A DNA stretch of 64,000 nucleotides, from positions 238,451 through 302,450 of the forward strand of contig CAXXFK010000029.1 of NCBI GenBank assembly GCA_963663965.2, written 5' to 3'. The notes under the pieces were generated by a model. It was not told the origin of the DNA and did not search any database. It was given only the letters and a program-made list of their open reading frames with translations. Position numbers and translations under genes: made by a program. Below, piece by piece: positions 58,223-64,000 of the stretch. The number at the start of each line of letters is the position of its first letter. The first letter of the stretch is position 1. The DNA is from Sedimentisphaerales bacterium (GTDB taxonomy: Bacteria > Planctomycetota > Phycisphaerae > Sedimentisphaerales > SM23-30).

Positions 58223-60715
58223 ATGAATCAGAATGTGAATAATAAGTGTTGGCAAAAAACACCGGGACGGCCTCTCGAATTTCGTTGGTTTATCGGTTCA
58301 CTGGGCTTGCATATACTATTGGTTAGCATTCTGATGCTGACACCAGCCAGGCAGTTAATACTGAACCGAAGTGAGAAAAAACTGTCAAAAGCTACCGTTC
58401 GTGGTGAAAGAATCCAGGCGGTCATTGATCATATACGCCAGACAGAGCAAGATCGACTGGCGGCGCAAATCAGGGAAATGTCTTATATCGAAGAGCAAAT
58501 GAATACGCTATTGGAAGAACGCATCGGCCAATATGAGATACTGGCGGATCAAATGGCGCTGTCTGCACCGGAAAAAACCATTCAATTATTGGAAGGCGCC
58601 CTGATCCAACAGATAGCTGCGCAAGAGGCGCAGACCATTCTGGATAACTGGATGGTTCAGGAATTCAATCCTCAACTTTCCCAGGTAATCCAGACTCACA
58701 ATTGGGAAGATTTAACGGTTCGTGAAAACCTTAATAATCATCATCAGGAAATGCTAGGTCGGCAGGATCAGATTAAAGAATTGCAGGCTCAAGTGAGTGA
58801 TGCTTTTAAGATCGCTATTGATCAGTTCAGTTTCGTTTCCGACGATTTTCTGTCGAACAGGGAAGAACTGTTAAAAGCCCAAAGTGAGCAATTAAAAGCC
58901 AATTCGGCTCAGGATGAAGCCAAAAAAACGACTGGGATAATGCAGGAGAGTTTTGTTAGAAAAAACCCGGATGCGGCGCGGGATTTGAAAAATACCGAAA
59001 ATAGATTGCAACAGGCCCGTGACCGGGCTCAAAAAGAAAAGGCTGGAGTAGATAAATCAAAAGAAACTTTAACCACGGATGAAGAACGCAAGGCAGCCCT
59101 TCAGATTAAACTCGCTGAAAATCAGGAACGCGTACAGAAAGCCGTCGATGAGGAAATACTGGCGCGTCATGAAAATGATATTGAGCCCAATCGGGATAAG
59201 CAGAAAGCCGTTGAACAGGCGGAAAAGGATACAAAAAAACAACGTGATTATTTAGTGTCAACTGAACGGGAACTGATTAAGGCTGATGAACGTATTGTGT
59301 CAGATCAACGAAGACTGCAAGAGGCAGAAAACAAATATCAGCAAGCTGCGCAAAAGGTGGCTGAGGCTGAATCGCAGGTACTGATTGCTCGTGAAAAAGT
59401 AGATACCCTGATCGCTGAAGCGGAAACACTACAAAATCAGGCCGGCCTGAAATCAGATAAAGCCAGCTACACGCAAGCACAGGCAATTGAGGCGTTACGA
59501 CAGACCATTGCTCATTTAAAAGATCAAGTACAATCATGGAATCCTTCCGATACTCTGAAGGTCAGGCGTCCTATTGCCGAAGCATGGAAGAATGAACGAA
59601 TTGAACCAATTCCAGGAAATCGATTGAACACGGTTACGGATTGGTATGACAGGGCAGTGGAAGCTGAGATCAGGATTGCCGATAAGCATAAACGAATAAA
59701 AGCTACCGAAACGGCCTTAAAGGCTGTAGTGCCGATAGAAATTGCGTTACAACAGACCCAGGTTGCCGTTACCAGTCATCCTGAAATAGATCGTGAATTA
59801 TTGTTAAAGCCTGTGGTGACCAGTGATGAAGCCGTCCGTCATAAAAATGAAATCAATAACGTTCGCGAAGAAGTTGGGTCGATGCTGACTTCGAGCTACG
59901 CGCGACTGGCTGAAGTGCAAAGGGCCGGAGATTCCTGGACTGGTAATGGCCTGACCGTATCGCTGGCCCGTATCAACGCCGTTGCCGATTGGAGCGCCGC
60001 GTTAGAGGCTGGCGCTCTGGAAGATGAGACCATGCGATACAAAGATGTCGCCGGATTAATGCAGGGTAACGATAGGAATGGGCCTGCGCCTGGTTCTGGT
60101 CAGGCAGGAAGTAATAAACGATCGGATTCTGGCCGGCCCAATGAGAAACCCGATTGGAATGACCCTTACAACACGCCTAAGTCTGATGATGCGTATACGT
60201 TGCGTGCAACCCGCTTTACTTTGGCCGGGGGGAGTGATATCCCATCAGATGCCTGGATTCATGTGGATACCTGGTATACGATCGGACCGTTTCCTAATCC
60301 TGATCGTCGGAATATCGACACGAAATTTCCTCCAGAGTCAATTATCGATCTAGACGGTGTTTATTCTGGCAAAGATGGCCGACCGGTTCGCTGGGAATTC
60401 GTAAAATCCCCCGGCATTCAGATTGTACCGGCCCATGATGAAGAATATGCGATCTATTATGCCTATACGGAGTTATGGTTCGACCAGGCCTGCGATGTAT
60501 TGATTGCGGTAGGCAGTGATGATAATTCGCGAATATGGATTAATGATCTGTTAGTTTGGAAAAGTGGACGTGAATTGAAAAGTTGGCGCGTTGACGAAGG
60601 TTTCCGCAGGGTCCATTTTCGACAGGGATCCAACCGGGTTCTCTATCGGATAGAGAACGGCTGGCATAGCATGGCCTTTTCTTTTTTGATCAAAGGGGAG
60701 AAGGGAATAAGGTAA
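58223..60715 (+). CDS. Membrane-anchored coiled-coil protein with a TonB/TolA-like SxxxH anchor and a C-terminal jelly-roll (PA14/galactose-binding-like) domain
   Basis: FIGSLGLHILLV TM; about 550 aa Q/E/A/K-rich helical rod; G/P/S linker; WYTIGPF...YAYTELW...GSDD..RIWIN...G.NRVL.RIEN domain. Confidence 0.7.
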   Translation: MNQNVNNKCWQKTPGRPLEFRWFIGSLGLHILLVSILMLTPARQLILNRSEKKLSKATVRGERIQAVIDHIRQTEQDRLAAQIREMSYIEEQMNTLLEERIGQYEILADQMALSAPEKTIQLLEGALIQQIAAQEAQTILDNWMVQEFNPQLSQVIQTHNWEDLTVRENLNNHHQEMLGRQDQIKELQAQVSDAFKIAIDQFSFVSDDFLSNREELLKAQSEQLKANSAQDEAKKTTGIMQESFVRKNPDAARDLKNTENRLQQARDRAQKEKAGVDKSKETLTTDEERKAALQIKLAENQERVQKAVDEEILARHENDIEPNRDKQKAVEQAEKDTKKQRDYLVSTERELIKADERIVSDQRRLQEAENKYQQAAQKVAEAESQVLIAREKVDTLIAEAETLQNQAGLKSDKASYTQAQAIEALRQTIAHLKDQVQSWNPSDTLKVRRPIAEAWKNERIEPIPGNRLNTVTDWYDRAVEAEIRIADKHKRIKATETALKAVVPIEIALQQTQVAVTSHPEIDRELLLKPVVTSDEAVRHKNEINNVREEVGSMLTSSYARLAEVQRAGDSWTGNGLTVSLARINAVADWSAALEAGALEDETMRYKDVAGLMQGNDRNGPAPGSGQAGSNKRSDSGRPNEKPDWNDPYNTPKSDDAYTLRATRFTLAGGSDIPSDAWIHVDTWYTIGPFPNPDRRNIDTKFPPESIIDLDGVYSGKDGRPVRWEFVKSPGIQIVPAHDEEYAIYYAYTELWFDQACDVLIAVGSDDNSRIWINDLLVWKSGRELKSWRVDEGFRRVHFRQGSNRVLYRIENGWHSMAFSFLIKGEKGIR

Positions 60716-60721
60716 TGAACA

Positions 60722-60751
60722 GGGTTAATACTATCCCAGTAATATTAACCC
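60722..60751. terminator. Hairpin between convergent genes, probable terminator
   Basis: GGGTTAATA...TATTAACCC inverted repeat; U-tract weak. Confidence 0.5.
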
Positions 60752-60767
60752 CATGATTTAAGATGGC

Positions 60768-61850
60768 TTACATTTGTTGTTGCTTTCGGTAGGATTCAAC
60801 TTCCCAGTTTTCAATAAATTTTTGTGCGGATTGGGTCATATAATTGACCCCGCCAAAAGCCTGGGTAAGCTGCAGGACAAGTGCGCCATCGAGGGCGAGT
60901 TCAAGTGCGAGTTGAGCGCTTTTTTCCGATTCACCCAGACCATAGGTTGCATTTTCCAGAGCGATCACGCGGGGAGGATAGCCATGTTCATGGATGAAGG
61001 TGGAAACTTTTTCGACTGTGGGCGGTTCAGTGAGAAAATAAGATTTAGCATAAACCATATGGTCAGGAGTTAGCGGACCAGTAGTCGCATTGATGACACC
61101 CGATGAAGCTACGTAGGAAAAATCGGCCAGTACCGGAATTGCTTTGATGGCTTCTTTGAGAGATTGAGTCGTTTTCAGGGTTGGATCTGGTCCAACTGGT
61201 AATAACGTAGCAACATGGGCTTTCTCATATTCAGCGTTTAAAGTTTCAAGGACTCGGGTATAGATTGCATCAATTTCATCCGGAGTATCTGCGGCAACGA
61301 AGATACCATGGTTTTCTAAAATAACCAGCTCCGGTTCGTGGCCATATTTAAATTCATATTGAACAATTTCGGCCCGAACTTTTATGCAAAGGGTATAGCC
61401 AGGATCCGTATAGTCAATCCAGAGCGCGTCCGGAAAAAGTGTCTGGCAGATGGATTTGCCACGTAGGGAACAGGTCAAACCGTTCACAGGAGCCGGATGA
61501 GTGTGAACCACATAACGTGCTTTAAAAGTGTCGTGCAAAGGAGCTTCCACCGAGGCGCGACCGGAACTGGTCGGCAGAACAGATTCGGCCATAATATTTT
61601 TTACCAGTTCTTCACGGGCCGCCGGCTCGGTCGGTGGCTCTATCTCATATAACCGGGCCAGTTTCTTGCGATCCATCGCCACAAATTTTTCCGGTGTCAG
61701 CCCGGCTAAAGTTGTGCCAGAGGGTTTCACCCACAGGGTCTCCGGGTCTTTGGCGGAGGTGTTGCCACCTCCGCCACGGACATAATCTACGGTTCCATAT
61801 CGATGAGAAAGCTGGGTAATCGTATCAAGTAATTGCTGCGATGGCATCAT
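60768..61850 (-). CDS. Class II aldolase/adducin-family protein (rhamnulose-1-phosphate aldolase-like)
   Basis: GGGGNTSAK, LWVKPSG, ASVEAPLH, HTHP, LENHG, PDH, WEVESYR; follows a rhamnosidase gene. Confidence 0.88.
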   Translation of the reverse strand: MMPSQQLLDTITQLSHRYGTVDYVRGGGGNTSAKDPETLWVKPSGTTLAGLTPEKFVAMDRKKLARLYEIEPPTEPAAREELVKNIMAESVLPTSSGRASVEAPLHDTFKARYVVHTHPAPVNGLTCSLRGKSICQTLFPDALWIDYTDPGYTLCIKVRAEIVQYEFKYGHEPELVILENHGIFVAADTPDEIDAIYTRVLETLNAEYEKAHVATLLPVGPDPTLKTTQSLKEAIKAIPVLADFSYVASSGVINATTGPLTPDHMVYAKSYFLTEPPTVEKVSTFIHEHGYPPRVIALENATYGLGESEKSAQLALELALDGALVLQLTQAFGGVNYMTQSAQKFIENWEVESYRKQQQM

Positions 61851-61889
61851 GACCTCAGTTACTTAGTTGGGAATAGTTTGATAAAGTGA

Positions 61890-64000
61890 CTATTCAACAG
61901 AATCAATAAATTTAAAGCTGGTGCTGATAAAATGGTAACTTCCGGATTCGGCTTTATAAACAGCATAATGGCCATCCATTTTAATGAAAGTCAGCCCGGT
62001 AGCAGAATTGGCTGGTTTACCCGATTCTATGACATCGTCGGCTGAATCAGCAGGAATATAAATCGTTGCCTGAGTATTAGCTGGTAGTGTGATATCCAGT
62101 TTCAATTGACCGTTTTCAAAACGTTTCCAGTTGGACTGGATCAGGCCGTGAATCGAGTTATAAGAGACATTGGCCCAATCGAGATTACCACCCGGTTGAG
62201 GCTTGATCATAATCTTATCGAAACCAATCGTGCCGTCAATACCACCAATAGTCTGGAACATCCATTGCGCGACTGCGCCAAAGGAATAATGAGCGAAAGA
62301 ATTCATTCCCGGATCGCCAAACCCTTCTTCGGGGGTCCAACCGTTCCAGCGTTCCCAGATGGAAGTGGCGCCATGTTTGATGGAAAAGCCCCAGGATGGG
62401 AATGTGGTATTATGGATAAGGTGGTAGGCAACATCATTCCGGTCGATTTTTGACAGGACCAGCATCAGATCTTTCGTGCCGATGAATCCTGTTGACAGGT
62501 GCCAGCCGCGCGATTGGATATCGGCAACGAGATGATCCGCGGCCAGTTTGGCCATGTCAGCGTCGAGCAGATCATTGGCCAGCGCCAGCACATAGGCACA
62601 TTGGGTGTTCCCTTTAATGCGGCCATCCTTGGCTACGTAAGCTTTATTGAATGAGGCTTTAATCATATCGAACAGACCTTGATAGTAGGCCGAATCATCC
62701 GATTTGCCCAGAACATTGGCGATTTGAAACATTTTTTGAGTACAACTGGCAAAATACGCCATGAAAATAACATCTTTAGGAGTATCTGCATTGATACTCA
62801 GCCAGTCACCAAAACAATGAAACTGGGCTGGGGGCAGCAGATCATCGGTACATCGGTTTTTGCAAAACTCTATGAACTTTTTCATCGGCTCATAACAGTA
62901 TTCAAGAATATCCGTATCCCCATAAACTTGCCAGACGGTCCAGGGACAGATCACGCCGGCATCGGCCCAGGCGGGGCCGCCATCAGCTCCGGCCACTTTC
63001 AAGGGGGCGACCATAGGAAACTGGCCATCTTCACGTTGGGAATCCATCAGATCGACCAGCCATTTGGTATAAAATGGTTGGTTATCCGTATTGTAACATG
63101 CGGTGCGGATATAAACCTGGGCATCGCCCGTCCAGCCCAGACGTTCATCACGTTGAGGGCAGTCGGTTGGAATATCGATGAAATTCATCCACTGGGTCCA
63201 GCAGATATTGCTGTAAAGTTGGTTGAGCATGGGGTCGGAACATTCAAATGAACCGGCAATTGGGGCTGCGCTGGTGAAGGGCAGTCCGACAATGGTATCA
63301 AGAGTAGGTTTTTCGATACCGGTGATCTCTACATATTGAAAACCATGGAACGTAAATTGTGGATGCCATTGTACTGGGCCGCCCTTGGCTATATATAAAT
63401 CTGTGGATGTAGCCCGGCGCAGATTTTCGGTGTAGATCGTCCCATCTGGATTCAGCCGTTCGGCAATTCGAATCTGGATTTGCTGATCGGGCTTGGTATT
63501 GGTGTTTAACTGAACGACACCGGCAAAATTCTGTCCCATGTTATAGACAAAAACTCCCGGTTGAGGTTCGGTGATCGCGATCGGTTTGATGGTTTTGATG
63601 ATTTGCACCGGCTGGTGGGGAGCCGCCTGTATCTGTGGACTAAGCGGGCAATCTTGCACGACCGGCTGCCAGCCTGAGTCATCGTATCCGGGGCGATCCC
63701 AACCGGTAAGCTCCATTTTGGAGTCATAGACCTGGCCTTTCAGGAAATCAGCCTGACGAATCGGTCCATTAGTCGTTGCCTTCCAATCTGGCCCCGTGGT
63801 GATCGTTTCAACGGCGCCATCCTGATACTCAACATGTATCTGGGCATTAAAACGCACATCTTTGCCATAATGTTCACGCTTATTGCCATAACCGACATAT
63901 CCGGCATACCAGCCATCCGCCAAGATGGCGCCCAGGGCGTTGCTGCCTTGATGCAATTCGCTGGTTATATCGTAAGTATTATAATAAACACGTTTGGTAT
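61890..64000 (-). CDS. Alpha-L-rhamnosidase (GH78), 5' end outside window
   Basis: MGQNFAG, FTFHGFQYVE, PTDCPQRDERLGWTGD, FGDWL, STGFIG, GATSIWERW, MNSFAHY; frame stays open to the edge (KRVYYNTYD). Confidence 0.95.
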   Translation of the reverse strand, partial: TKRVYYNTYDITSELHQGSNALGAILADGWYAGYVGYGNKREHYGKDVRFNAQIHVEYQDGAVETITTGPDWKATTNGPIRQADFLKGQVYDSKMELTGWDRPGYDDSGWQPVVQDCPLSPQIQAAPHQPVQIIKTIKPIAITEPQPGVFVYNMGQNFAGVVQLNTNTKPDQQIQIRIAERLNPDGTIYTENLRRATSTDLYIAKGGPVQWHPQFTFHGFQYVEITGIEKPTLDTIVGLPFTSAAPIAGSFECSDPMLNQLYSNICWTQWMNFIDIPTDCPQRDERLGWTGDAQVYIRTACYNTDNQPFYTKWLVDLMDSQREDGQFPMVAPLKVAGADGGPAWADAGVICPWTVWQVYGDTDILEYCYEPMKKFIEFCKNRCTDDLLPPAQFHCFGDWLSINADTPKDVIFMAYFASCTQKMFQIANVLGKSDDSAYYQGLFDMIKASFNKAYVAKDGRIKGNTQCAYVLALANDLLDADMAKLAADHLVADIQSRGWHLSTGFIGTKDLMLVLSKIDRNDVAYHLIHNTTFPSWGFSIKHGATSIWERWNGWTPEEGFGDPGMNSFAHYSFGAVAQWMFQTIGGIDGTIGFDKIMIKPQPGGNLDWANVSYNSIHGLIQSNWKRFENGQLKLDITLPANTQATIYIPADSADDVIESGKPANSATGLTFIKMDGHYAVYKAESGSYHFISTSFKFIDSVE

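Noticed and set aside
1..64000. CRISPR arrays, tRNA/rRNA genes, prophage or defence systems
   Set aside because: No regularly spaced DNA repeats, cloverleaf or rRNA-like segments, or phage/defence domains were recognised by eye

Overview
Bacterial chromosomal window, most likely from a diderm planctomycete of class Phycisphaerae (Sedimentisphaerales-like). This is inferred from dockerin-like C-terminal tails on secreted glycan proteins, a PyrG with an N-terminal extension, and LPS genes kdsB/lpxB; it is not proven. Housekeeping content: pyrG, kdsB, lpxB, SRP RNA (ffs)-dnaX, rnc and a beta-CASP RNase. Ion transport: a CLC-CBS protein and an SLC12-like cotransporter. Other loci: a PspF-like sigma54 activator divergent from a flotillin/SPFH gene with a well-formed -24/-12 promoter; ovoA-HAD-radical SAM; XylR-like regulator/UroD-MtaA-family enzyme/sugar porter; a two-partner secretion pair whose ~4,870-aa passenger is split by three +1 frameshifts; a glycan region (multi-CBM protein, GH44, rhamnosidase, class II aldolase); one intact IS1634-family element with IRs and a TTAG duplication; and an ExbB-ExbD pair coupled to a TonB/TolA-like coiled-coil protein that ends in a jelly-roll domain rather than a TonB C-domain. 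No rRNA, tRNA or CRISPR array was seen. All family calls come from motif recognition by eye, not from database searches.
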